Shown: positions 51,522 through 60,234 of the stretch, piece by piece
Layout: every line of letters begins with the position of its first letter
Position numbering within the stretch: position 1 is the stretch's first letter
Made by a program: the position numbers and the translations under genes
The notes under the pieces: model-generated
What the model was told of the DNA's origin: nothing
Seen by the model: the letters and a program-made list of their open reading frames with translations, nothing else
Databases searched by the model: none
NCBI GenBank assembly: GCA_016223045.1
Contig: JACRPT010000004.1
Coordinates: forward strand, 2,899 to 66,898
Direction: 5' to 3'
Length of the DNA: 64,000 bases
Source of the DNA: Candidatus Eiseniibacteriota bacterium
GTDB taxonomy: Bacteria; Eisenbacteria; RBG-16-71-46

Positions 51522-52926
51522 GGCGCTCCGCGTGGACCCAGAGGACTCTCCGCGTGCGGGTGGTCACCGGGGCGCGCGCCGCGCGGCGCACGCCGACCAC
51601 CCAGAGGATGCCCCTGGCGTCGGCTAGGACCGTGGGTCTTCTCCTGAACTCCCTCGAAACTCCCTGTTTGCCAAGGAACTGGCACACTCGCGCGGGACGC
51701 CGCCGCCCGAACGGGACGAACCTCTCATCGGCCCCCGCCGTGCGCAGCTCCAGCGCGCCCTTCAGCTCCCGGGCCGCGAAGTACTCCTCGTCGGCGGTCT
51801 TGGCGGCCAGCCGGCGCCGCGCCGCCGCCCCCGTCGTCCACTTCCCGCGCACCTCGCCCGCACCCCAGCGCAGCCGTCCCGGCACGGGCAGCAGCCCGCC
51901 CGCGGGCGCCGGCGCGCCGCCCGGGCGGCGGAAGCGGATCCAGCCGCGGTCGCGCTCGGCCCGCCACCCGCCCGGAAACTCGACCCGGGCCCCGCCGCGA
52001 CCGCCGGCGAGAAGCCGGGAAAGGGCCTCGAGGTGCGCGTGGGTGAGTCCCTCCGCAGCCTGTGTCACGCGCTGCCAGAGCCGCCGCAGGACCGTGCGTC
52101 GGGCCGCCGAAGGGTAGGTTGCCACCCCGCGCGAATCAAGCGCGTATTCCCCCCGTCGGATGCGGCAGAGAGCGGAAAGGGCGTGATCGGCCAGTGCCTC
52201 CACTGCCGCGGCCGCGCCGCCCGCCTCGGCCGCCGCGCGCGCCACCCGGCGGGCCAGCGCCGCCCGGGCGCGCGCCGGATCGGCGCCGGGAGCGAGCGCG
52301 GCGACCAGCGCGGGGATGGCGCCGTGGCGGACGCGGTTGCGGGTGAAGGCGGGATCCAGGTTCGAGCGGTCCTCGCGCCACGAGACGCCGGCCGCGGCGA
52401 GGTCGCGCTCGATCTCGGCGCGGGTCACCTCGAGCAGTGGCTTGATCCAGGTGAGGGCCGGACGAGAGCCGGCGCGCTCCCGTCCACCGTCGCGCCCGCC
52501 GCGGAGTACGAGTGATCGCGACGTGGTCCGCGGCCGCATGCCGCCGAGACCGGCGAGCCCGGTGCCGCGTCCGAGCCGCATCAGCACGGTCTCGAGCTGG
52601 TCGTCGGCGGTGTGCGCGGTGGCGATCGCGGTGCAGCCCGCGCGCCGCGCGGCCGCGGCGAGGAACTCGCGCCGCAGCGTCCTCAGCCCGGCCTCGCCCG
52701 CGAGCCCGCGCGCGCGCATGCGGCGGCGCGCGTCCCAGGTCGCGCTGGTGAGCGGGACGCCCAGTCGGTCGCACAGCGCGCGCACGAACGCGAGGTCCTG
52801 GTCGGCTTCCGCACCGCGCAGGCCGTGGTGGAGATGGGCGGCGCGCAGTTCCAGCCCCGGCTCGCGCGCGAGGGCATGCAGGCCGAGGAGCAGCGCGGTC
52901 GAATCGGCGCCGCCGCTCACCGCCAC
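51514..52926 (-). CDS. tilS: tRNA(Ile)-lysidine synthetase
   Basis: PP-loop SGGADS. Its 3' end overlaps the hpt start. The true start must lie downstream of the tRNA at 53146-53221. A GTG near 52926 is proposed because the region contains no ATG. The 5' end is uncertain. Confidence 0.7.
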   Translation of the reverse strand: MAVSGGADSTALLLGLHALAREPGLELRAAHLHHGLRGAEADQDLAFVRALCDRLGVPLTSATWDARRRMRARGLAGEAGLRTLRREFLAAAARRAGCTAIATAHTADDQLETVLMRLGRGTGLAGLGGMRPRTTSRSLVLRGGRDGGRERAGSRPALTWIKPLLEVTRAEIERDLAAAGVSWREDRSNLDPAFTRNRVRHGAIPALVAALAPGADPARARAALARRVARAAAEAGGAAAAVEALADHALSALCRIRRGEYALDSRGVATYPSAARRTVLRRLWQRVTQAAEGLTHAHLEALSRLLAGGRGGARVEFPGGWRAERDRGWIRFRRPGGAPAPAGGLLPVPGRLRWGAGEVRGKWTTGAAARRRLAAKTADEEYFAARELKGALELRTAGADERFVPFGRRRPARVCQFLGKQGVSREFRRRPTVLADARGILWVVGVRRAARAPVTTRTRRVLWVHAERHD

Positions 52927-53145
52927 CAGCAGGCGGTGCGCCGTCCGGGACCGGCCGGCCGGGCGCGGTGGCGGCAGGCCCGGCGCGCCGTGCGGGCGCC
53001 GGAGCGTCTTCCCCGGCCCGCCGGAGGGTTCCCCGGGCGGCCGGCCCGAGGCATCGCCGGGGCCCGGGAGGGCGCAGGGGCCGCCGAGGGCGCGGCGGAG
53101 CGCGGGCTCGACCGCGCGGAGACGCCGGCGCGGCCGGAGGGCGAA

Positions 53146-53221
53146 TGGTGGCGGCGCAGGGACTCGAACCCCGGACACAGAGATTATGATTCTCCTGCTC
53201 TACCAGCTGAGCTACGCCGCC
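53146..53221 (-). tRNA. tRNA with a CAU anticodon (elongator tRNA-Met, or tRNA-Ile2 that becomes LAU after TilS modification); CCA is encoded
   Basis: A manual cloverleaf fold works: GGCGGCG-TA-GCTCAGCTGGTAGAGC-A-GGAGA-AUCAUAA-TCTCT-GTGTC-CGGGGTTCGAGTCCCTG-CGCCGCC-A-CCA. It has a G1-C72 pair, so it is not an initiator tRNA. Confidence 0.8.
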
Positions 53222-53262
53222 CAGAGACGGGGCCTCCCGGAGCGGGAGGCGAGCGAGGGAAG

Positions 53263-54783
53263 TTACGGTCGGGGGCGCGCGGAGTCAAGGCGGGCGGCCG
53301 GCAGCCCGCGTCGCCTCAGGGCGCCGCGCGGCCGTTCTTCGCGAACCACTTCCACACCCGGCGCATCGCCTCGAGGTCGTCCTGGTTGTAGCTCACGATC
53401 TCCGCGATCAACCGCTCGCGCTCGACCCGGTCCTCGCACGCCCGCGCCTTCTGGTACTGGACGATGGACCACGCCGAGCCCGACTCCGGGTTGCGCCAGC
53501 GGAACCCCGTCCAGTGCGCCACCTTCTTGATGGAGTAGGAGTGGAGCGGCAGCCGCACCGCCTTCCTCACCACCCTCTAGTCCCTGAGGCGCGCCGTAGA
53601 GCTCCAGGTACTTCCGCACCCAGACCTTCTCGTAGTTGTGGTAGTGCACCCAGCGCGCCTGCGGGTGCGCGGCGAGGATCTCCTGCGCGCGCTGGACGAA
53701 GCGCTCCCACGCGCGCCGGCCGCCCAGGTCATCGCCGTCGGCCACGATCGCCTCGGGCTTCGGGGCGTGGACGCCGTCGTCCACCGCCAGGCCCCACAGG
53801 TAGATGGCCTTGTCCACCTCCTCGCCCTCGGGGTCGCCTTCGAGATCGAACCACACCAGCGGGAAGCCTGGCAGCTCGGGCGGCGCGAGCCACACCGCGC
53901 GGTCCCCGTGGTGCGCGCGTGCCTCGGCGACGATCGCCTCGGCCATGCCGGCGATGCCCTTCACGCGGATCTCGTGCGGCTCGCGTGCCGCCAGCTCCTC
54001 GATGGTGCGGATGCCGAGGTCGTGGAGCAGCGGCGCCACCTTGGAGGTCACGTCCGCCAGCACCTCGATGCGCCGCTCGGCCACCGCCCGGGGCCAGCAG
54101 TGGTCGTAGAAGGGGCACTCCGCGCAGGTCGAGTGCGACTTGATCAGCGTGGGCTCGGCGCGGCCCGAGATGAGCTCCGCCGCGCGCGCCACCGCGCGCT
54201 CGTAGCCATCGCCGTCGAGCGCGGGGACCGCGACCACCTCGAGCCTGCCGTTCGTGATCTCGAGCCGTGCCGGCGGCGTCCCGAGCGCGTCCTCGACGAG
54301 GTGCGCGTAGTGCGCCATCTGGAGGGCGATCTCCCGGTGCTCGTCCAGATTCACCGCCAGCTTGGCGTCGTGGACCACCAGGCCGTCGCCTTCCCGGTAG
54401 ATGAAGTCCGGCACGCCCACGCGCGCCCCGTCGCGCGCGAGGAAGAGCGGCTGGTAGAGCGTGACCCGCGTCTCACGCAGGAGCCGCGCGGTCTCGGCGG
54501 CCGCCTGCTCCAGGCGCTGGCCGTGGAAGATCGGCCCTGCGGTCTCGCCGAAGCCGTCGCGCACCGCCTGCTCGTGCTGGCGGCCCTTCTCCCAGATCAG
54601 CCTGTCGAAGTCGGAGGGCGGCGCGGCGAGCCCGGGCGCGTGGGTGCGCAGCCAGAGCCTGCGCTCACACCGGTGGAGCAGGTAGAGCGCGTTCGCGGAG
54701 ACGCGCCCGTCGAGCTCCGGCTCGGGCGCGCGGCGGAGCGAGAGGGAGGGCGCGGCGGGCGGGAGGTTCATGTCGGCGGGCAT
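53263..54783 (-). pseudogene. TM0106-family RecB-like nuclease (TIGR03491-like), apparently disrupted by a frameshift near 53575-53600
   Basis: In one frame the N-terminus carries CERRLWL, the Cys cluster STCAECPFYDHC and WVHYHNYEKV. After YGAPQG this frame turns into Gly/Ala/Arg junk. A different frame (track ORF 53316-53573) encodes the expected family C-terminus VRKAVRLPLHSYSIKKVAHW...IVSYNQDDLEAMRRVW. Confidence 0.5.
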
Positions 54784-54814
54784 CGGCGGCTGCTCCCGGC
54801 CCCGCCCCCCCCCG

Positions 54815-55636
54815 CTACCCCGCGGCCTTCTCGCTCGCGGCGCCCGCGGACTCGCTCTCGGTCGGAGCGGGCGGCTCGTCCGCGGGGCGGACGCGGAAGA
54901 TGCGCGAGAGCTCGCTGCGCAGCTCGCCCTCGTCCAGGCGCTGCTTGAGCTGGCCGCGGTAGGCCACCGAGATCCCGCCGGTCTGCTCGCTCACCACGAT
55001 CACCGCGGCGTCCGACTCCTCGGAGAGCCCGAGCGCGGCGCGGTGGCGCGTGCCGATGGCGGTGGCGAAGAGCGGGTTGGAAGACAGCGGCAGGATGCAC
55101 GAGGCCGCCACCGCCTGCTCCTCGCGCAGGATCACCGCGCCGTCGTGGAGCGGCGAGCCGGGACTGAAGAGCGTGACCAGCAGCTCGGCGGAGACCCTGG
55201 CGTCGAGGCGCCGGCCGGTCTCGACGAAGTTCCGCAGGCCCACGTTGCGCTCGAGGACGATGAGCGCGCCGTGCCGGTGCTGGGCCAGCGTCTCCACCGC
55301 GCGCACCACCTCGCCGAGCACGCCGTAGCTGTCGCCGCGCAGGAACGAGCGGAAGTAACGGGTGCGGCCGAACTGGGCGAGGGCGTGGCGCAGCTCGGGC
55401 TGGAACAGGATCACGAACGCGATCAGCCAGACCGTCTTGAGGCTCTCGACGATCCACTTGACCGCGATCAGGTCGAACTCGCGCGCGACCAGGCCGACCA
55501 GCACGATGACCAGCAGCCCGACGTACATCTGCGCCGAGCGCGTGCCCTTCACCAGGATCAAGAGCCGGTAGAAGAGCAGCGCGACCAGGAAGATGTCGAG
55601 GAGGTCGAGGAACCAGATCTGGTGGACTGGGGTCAT
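54815..55636 (-). CDS. cdaA: Diadenylate cyclase (c-di-AMP synthase), membrane-anchored
   Basis: Three N-terminal transmembrane segments. DAC domain with HDGAVIL, GTRHRAALGLSE and TGGISVAY. Confidence 0.8.
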   Translation of the reverse strand: MTPVHQIWFLDLLDIFLVALLFYRLLILVKGTRSAQMYVGLLVIVLVGLVAREFDLIAVKWIVESLKTVWLIAFVILFQPELRHALAQFGRTRYFRSFLRGDSYGVLGEVVRAVETLAQHRHGALIVLERNVGLRNFVETGRRLDARVSAELLVTLFSPGSPLHDGAVILREEQAVAASCILPLSSNPLFATAIGTRHRAALGLSEESDAAVIVVSEQTGGISVAYRGQLKQRLDEGELRSELSRIFRVRPADEPPAPTESESAGAASEKAAG

Positions 55637-55684
55637 GGGGCGCGCGTGCCTCGGCGCAAGGTTAGCAGAACAGGGAGGGTCCGC

Positions 55685-56524
55685 CTACGGCCGTCGCGCT
55701 TCGCGCATCGCCTCCGCGATGCGGACGGCCTTGACGGTGGCGGCCACGTCGTGCGTGCGCACGATGCGGGCGCCGAGGAAGACGGCGACCGCCGTCGCGG
55801 CGAGCCCGCCCTCGAGGCGCTGGTCCACCGGCAGGTCGAGGGTCTTCCCGATGAAGCTCTTCCTCGACACGCCCACCAGCAGCGGGCGCCCGAGCGCGGC
55901 CAGCTCGTCGAGCCGGGCGAGCAGCTCGAAGCTGTGGGCCACGCTCTTGCCGAAGCCGATGCCGGGATCGAGCGCCACGCACTCGGCGCCGATCCCGGCC
56001 GCCTCGGCCAGGGCCAGACGCCCGGCCAGGAACTCGCGCACCTCGCGGGCGGCGTCCTGGTAGCGCGGCGCCTGCTGCATGGTGGCGGGCCTGCCCTGCA
56101 TGTGCATGAGCACCAGGCCGGCTCCCGTGCGGCGCACTACCTCCGCCATGGCGGGGTCGCCCAGCGCGGTGACGTCGTTCACCAGGTGCGCGCCGAGCGC
56201 GAGCGCGCGCTCGGCCACCGCGGCGCTCGCGGTGTCCACCGAGAGGCAGGCGCGCCCATCGCCCGCGAGCGCCTCCAGCACCGGGGCGAGCCGCCGGATC
56301 TGCTCCCCGGCCGGCACCGGCTCCGAGCCGGGCCGGGTGCTCTCGGCCCCGAGATCCACCAGGTCGGCGCCCTCGGCCATCAGCCTGCGCGCCTGCGCCA
56401 CCGCCGCGGCGGGCTCGTAGAAGCGCCCGCCGTCCGAGAACGAGTCGGGCGTGACGTTCACCACGCCCATCACCAGCGTGCGCCGGGCGAGGTCGAAGTC
56501 GCGGCCGCGGCAGCGCCAGATCAT
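55685..56524 (-). CDS. folP: Dihydropteroate synthase
   Basis: VMGVVNVTPDSFSDGG N-terminal signature of the pterin-binding domain. Start at the internal ATG (MIWRCRG...). Confidence 0.8.
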   Translation of the reverse strand: MIWRCRGRDFDLARRTLVMGVVNVTPDSFSDGGRFYEPAAAVAQARRLMAEGADLVDLGAESTRPGSEPVPAGEQIRRLAPVLEALAGDGRACLSVDTASAAVAERALALGAHLVNDVTALGDPAMAEVVRRTGAGLVLMHMQGRPATMQQAPRYQDAAREVREFLAGRLALAEAAGIGAECVALDPGIGFGKSVAHSFELLARLDELAALGRPLLVGVSRKSFIGKTLDLPVDQRLEGGLAATAVAVFLGARIVRTHDVAATVKAVRIAEAMREARRP

Positions 56525-56660
56525 GAGACCGGCCGCCGCCAGCGGTACGCCCCGCCGCACCGGGCGATCGCGTCGCGCCCGGCGGTCGGACCGCGCCGGG
56601 CGATCGCGCCGCCTCCGAGGTTCGGCCGGGCGCCGCGCCCGATACCCGCCGCTGCCCTCA

Positions 56661-57137
56661 TCACTTCTTCAGCGCCTCACGCAGCCGACGGATCTGCCCG
56701 GCGTGATCGTGGGCGTGCCCGGCGTAGAGTTCGAGCCAGCGCTCGGCGCCGTAGCGGCCCGACTCGGTGTGCCAGCCCTCGCGCGCCCAGTCGGCGTCGC
56801 TCATGCCGCGCAGCAGCTGGACCGTGGTCGCCCGGGCGGCGCGGAAGGCCTCGAGCGCCGGCGCGATGTCGCGCTCGTTGTAGCGGAGCCGGACCGCGTA
56901 GACCTCCTGGTCGTAGGCGTGGATGACAGGATGCTGCTGGACCAGCAGGGCGCGCAGGCGCTGGGCTGAGATGGACTCGCTGTCGGCCAGGTGGTGGACG
57001 ATCTCGGCCGCGCTCCACTTGCCCGGGACCGGGTGGGCCGTCAGGTCCTCCCGGCGGAAGCCCTCCAGGCTCGCCGCCACCTCGTCGCAGCCGGCCTCAT
57101 AGCGCGCGATCAGCGCCTGCCGCCCGTCCTTCGTCAT
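56661..57137 (-). CDS. DinB-family (DinB_2/DUF664-like) protein
   Basis: His triad pattern (EIVHHLADSE ... HAHDHAGQI). Confidence 0.6.
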   Translation of the reverse strand: MTKDGRQALIARYEAGCDEVAASLEGFRREDLTAHPVPGKWSAAEIVHHLADSESISAQRLRALLVQQHPVIHAYDQEVYAVRLRYNERDIAPALEAFRAARATTVQLLRGMSDADWAREGWHTESGRYGAERWLELYAGHAHDHAGQIRRLREALKK

Positions 57138-57361
57138 GCCTCGCTCCTCGTGTCGGCCCGGGTGCGGTCACCGTTGACCTTCGGGGGGCCGGATGGTAGC
57201 ACTTACCGGTCTTTGCCCGGGGTCAGAACCCTCTCGCGGGCCCGGAACCGGGACCGGCCCTCGACCCGCAGGTCGCCCGTCATCGTCGTCGGGTGCGGGT
57301 GCTCCGGTCGCAACCGGTTCCATCGTCTCGCCGTCGCCATCGTTCGAGGAGGTCGTCCCTC

Positions 57362-58870
57362 ATGAGCTGGACCAAACGCGCGCTCCTGTCCCTGGCCCTC
57401 GCCGTGCTGTCCGCCGCGCCGGCGGGCGCCCAGATCGCCGGGCGGCCGTTCGAGATCTCGGGCACCGCCGGGTACTTCCACTACGACGCGCGCGCCCGGA
57501 TGAAGGACGGCCCGGCGTGGAACGGGGCGCTGGGCTGGCGGCTGATGCCCGCGCTCACCCTCGAGGGCAACGCGACCTTCGGACCCTCGAACGCCGACTC
57601 GGTCGCCTACGACCTCGCCCACAACTTCACCTACGCGGGGCTCGACCTGCGCTGGAACCTGCGCCCGGCCGACAGCCGCGTGGTGCCGTTCGTGCTGACC
57701 GGCGCGGGCTACGGCCGGAGCCACACCACCGGCACGCCGCCCGACAAGCTCGAGCGCGGCGCCGGCGACCTCGGCCTCGGCGTGCTCTTCAACGTGGTCA
57801 ACCAGCGTACCTACGTGCGACTCCAGGCGCGCGACCAGTTCTTCCGCGGGCGCAACGCGCTCGAGTTCGGGAACCACTTCGCGGTGACCGCGGGGCTTCA
57901 CCTGCTGTGGGGCGGCAAGCCGCGCGACCAGGACCTGGACGGCGTGCGCGACTGGCTCGACAAGTGCCCGAACACCCCGATCGGCGCGACGGTGGACCAG
58001 GGCGGCTGCCCGCTGGAATCGGACGGCGACGGCGTCTTCGATGGGCTCGACAAGTGCCCGGACACGCCGAAGGGCTGCAAGGTGGACAAGAGCGGTTGTC
58101 CGCTGGACGCGGACGGCGACGGCGTGTGCGACGGCCTCGACCAGTGCGAGGGCACCCCGAAGGGCGCGAAGGCGGACGCGAAGGGCTGCCCGACGGACGC
58201 GGACGGCGACGGCGTCTTCGACGGCCTCGACCAGTGCGAGGGCACGCTCCAGGGCTGCAGCGTGGATGGGACGGGATGCGTCGTGGACTCGGACCGTGAC
58301 GGCGTGTGCGACGGGCTCGACCAGTGCCCGAACACGCCCGACAGCATCAAGGTGGACGTGAACGGCTGCCCGATCGAGGTGAGCGAGAAGGAGACCGAGC
58401 TGCTCGACACCGGCGTGATCCGGCTCCGCAACGTCAACTTCGACACCGGCAAGGCCGTCATCAAGGAGGAGTCGTTCGCCGTGCTCGACGAGATCGGGGC
58501 GATCCTCCAGCAGTACCCGGCGCTCCGGATCGAGATCGGCGGACACACCGACAACGTCGGCGGCAAGGAGATGAACCAGACGCTCTCGGAGGCGCGCGCG
58601 AACGCGGTGCTCGACTACCTCAAGCAGAAGTCCCCGCTGCTGGACTTCGGCCAGTTCACGGCGGTCGGGTACGGGCTCTCGCAGCCGCTGGCCTCGAACG
58701 CGCGCGAGGTTGGCCGGGCCCTGAACCGCCGCGTCGAGTTCAAGGTGCTGAACCCCGAGGCGCTCAAGATCGAGCGCGAGAAGCGGCGCTTCCTCAGGAA
58801 GGACGAGCCGCTGCCGCCGGGCTACCCGCCGGCGGCAGTGCCCGACACCTCGGGCACCAGGAAGCCGTAG
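57362..58870 (+). CDS. OmpA-family outer-membrane protein with thrombospondin type-3 Ca-binding repeats and a C-terminal OmpA peptidoglycan-binding domain
   Basis: Signal peptide and an N-terminal beta-barrel-like region. About six DxDxDGV(F/C)DGLD(K/Q)CP repeats. The C-terminus has NVNFDTGKA....RIEIGGHTDN..G....N..LS..RA OmpA_C. Confidence 0.75.
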   Translation: MSWTKRALLSLALAVLSAAPAGAQIAGRPFEISGTAGYFHYDARARMKDGPAWNGALGWRLMPALTLEGNATFGPSNADSVAYDLAHNFTYAGLDLRWNLRPADSRVVPFVLTGAGYGRSHTTGTPPDKLERGAGDLGLGVLFNVVNQRTYVRLQARDQFFRGRNALEFGNHFAVTAGLHLLWGGKPRDQDLDGVRDWLDKCPNTPIGATVDQGGCPLESDGDGVFDGLDKCPDTPKGCKVDKSGCPLDADGDGVCDGLDQCEGTPKGAKADAKGCPTDADGDGVFDGLDQCEGTLQGCSVDGTGCVVDSDRDGVCDGLDQCPNTPDSIKVDVNGCPIEVSEKETELLDTGVIRLRNVNFDTGKAVIKEESFAVLDEIGAILQQYPALRIEIGGHTDNVGGKEMNQTLSEARANAVLDYLKQKSPLLDFGQFTAVGYGLSQPLASNAREVGRALNRRVEFKVLNPEALKIEREKRRFLRKDEPLPPGYPPAAVPDTSGTRKP

Positions 58871-58896
58871 CGCCTCCTCGCCCGGAGGTCTTCATC

Positions 58897-58924
58897 GCGG
58901 GGCGCCCGTTCGCGGGCGCCCCGC
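58897..58924. terminator. Strong GC hairpin between the convergent ompA-like and SGNH genes
   Basis: gcggggcgcccg-ttcg-cgggcgccccgc: a 12-bp perfect stem, 27 nt after the ompA stop. Confidence 0.45.
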
Positions 58925-59018
58925 TCGCGTGCGGAGGCTCGTGGGCCGGCGCGCCGGCCGACTCCACCCCCCGCGGGCCGGGGCCGCCATCCGTATCGGG
59001 CCGTCCCGCGCCCCCGCC

Positions 59019-60221
59019 TCAGCGGGCGCCGCCCGGGCCCAGGCCGCGCGCCTCGATGACGTCGCGGATCGCCGCGGCGGCCCGCCGCTGCGCGCCCGGG
59101 TTGGGATGCGGGTCCCAGTCGGAGAGCGCGAAGTCCGTGTAGCGGCCGTGCGCGAAGAGCGGCAGCAGGTCCACGACCAGCGCCCCGGACGCCTCCACCG
59201 CCCGGACCGCCTGCTCGTGCTCGCGCGCGAACTCGTAGGGTGAGAACCCGTGCGCGTGATCGGGCAGCGGCCACACCGCCACGACCACCGGCGCGCCCGC
59301 CGCCCGGGCGTCGGCGACAATGCCGCGCAACGCCTGGACGTGACGCCGCCACTCGGGCGTGCCGGTGTCGTAGAGCGAGTGGATGTAGTCGGTGTAGCCG
59401 GGGCGGAGCTTCAGCGCGACCATCACGTGATAGGCCAGTGCGCGCACCGAGTGGTAGGCCACGGACCACCCGAGACGGAGGGCGATGGGCTCGGGAACGA
59501 CGAGCGGGAACGTCGTGTTGCGCCGCTCCGGGTCGTTCAGGCAGTAGCCGAGCAGCACCAGGTCGGGCTGGAAGCGCAGGCCCAGAGTGTCGAGCACGGC
59601 CCGCTCCTCGACGGTGTTGTATCCCGTCCAGCCCGTGTTGATGACCTCGACGCGCGGTCCGCCCGGCCGCGCCAGGTCGCGCTCCAGGTGGCGTACGCAG
59701 GTGGACTCCTGCGGAACGCCCAGCCCGAAGGTGAAGGAGTCGCCGAGCGCGAGCAGGCGCCAGGTCCCCGGCGGCCTGGCCAGCGACCATTCGGGGCCGC
59801 GCATCCTCCGTGAGTTCAGGTGCACCATGTCCTGGTACCGGCGCGCCAGCGCGGGGCCGCCGATGTAGCGCGAGAGCGGGCGCTCGACCAGGCGGCACGC
59901 GCCCTCGATCAGGGCGAAGGTGAAGAGCGCGAGGCCCGCCGCCTCGACGGCGACGCGCAGGCTCCGACCCGCCGCGCGCGCCCACGCGGATCCGCGCCGC
60001 AGGCCGCCCGCCCACCACGCGCCGGACGCCACAAGGAAGGCGACCAGCCCGAAGTAGTCCACGGAGTAGCGCCCCAGCACCTGCCGCCGGTCCGCGCGGC
60101 TGGTGTGCGCGAGCAGCGCCAGCCCGATGAGCAGGAACGCCGCGCCGATGCAGCCGGCGATCCTGGCCCAGCGGTCCGACGGCGCGGCGGGTGGGGGATC
60201 GGTGGAGGCGACGCGCTGCAT
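59019..60221 (-). CDS. Membrane-anchored SGNH/GDSL-family hydrolase
   Basis: N-terminal transmembrane segments, block I LALGDSFTFG, and the C-terminal DWDPHPN (DxxH). Confidence 0.6.
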   Translation of the reverse strand: MQRVASTDPPPAAPSDRWARIAGCIGAAFLLIGLALLAHTSRADRRQVLGRYSVDYFGLVAFLVASGAWWAGGLRRGSAWARAAGRSLRVAVEAAGLALFTFALIEGACRLVERPLSRYIGGPALARRYQDMVHLNSRRMRGPEWSLARPPGTWRLLALGDSFTFGLGVPQESTCVRHLERDLARPGGPRVEVINTGWTGYNTVEERAVLDTLGLRFQPDLVLLGYCLNDPERRNTTFPLVVPEPIALRLGWSVAYHSVRALAYHVMVALKLRPGYTDYIHSLYDTGTPEWRRHVQALRGIVADARAAGAPVVVAVWPLPDHAHGFSPYEFAREHEQAVRAVEASGALVVDLLPLFAHGRYTDFALSDWDPHPNPGAQRRAAAAIRDVIEARGLGPGGAR

Positions 60222-60234
60222 CGGAGCGCCTGGC

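Noticed and set aside
48396-51647. 1,083-aa ORF on the + strand
   Set aside because: Antisense of ftsH, hpt and tilS.
53316-53573. Independent 85-aa gene
   Set aside because: It is the displaced C-terminus of the TM0106-family nuclease after a frameshift, not a separate gene.
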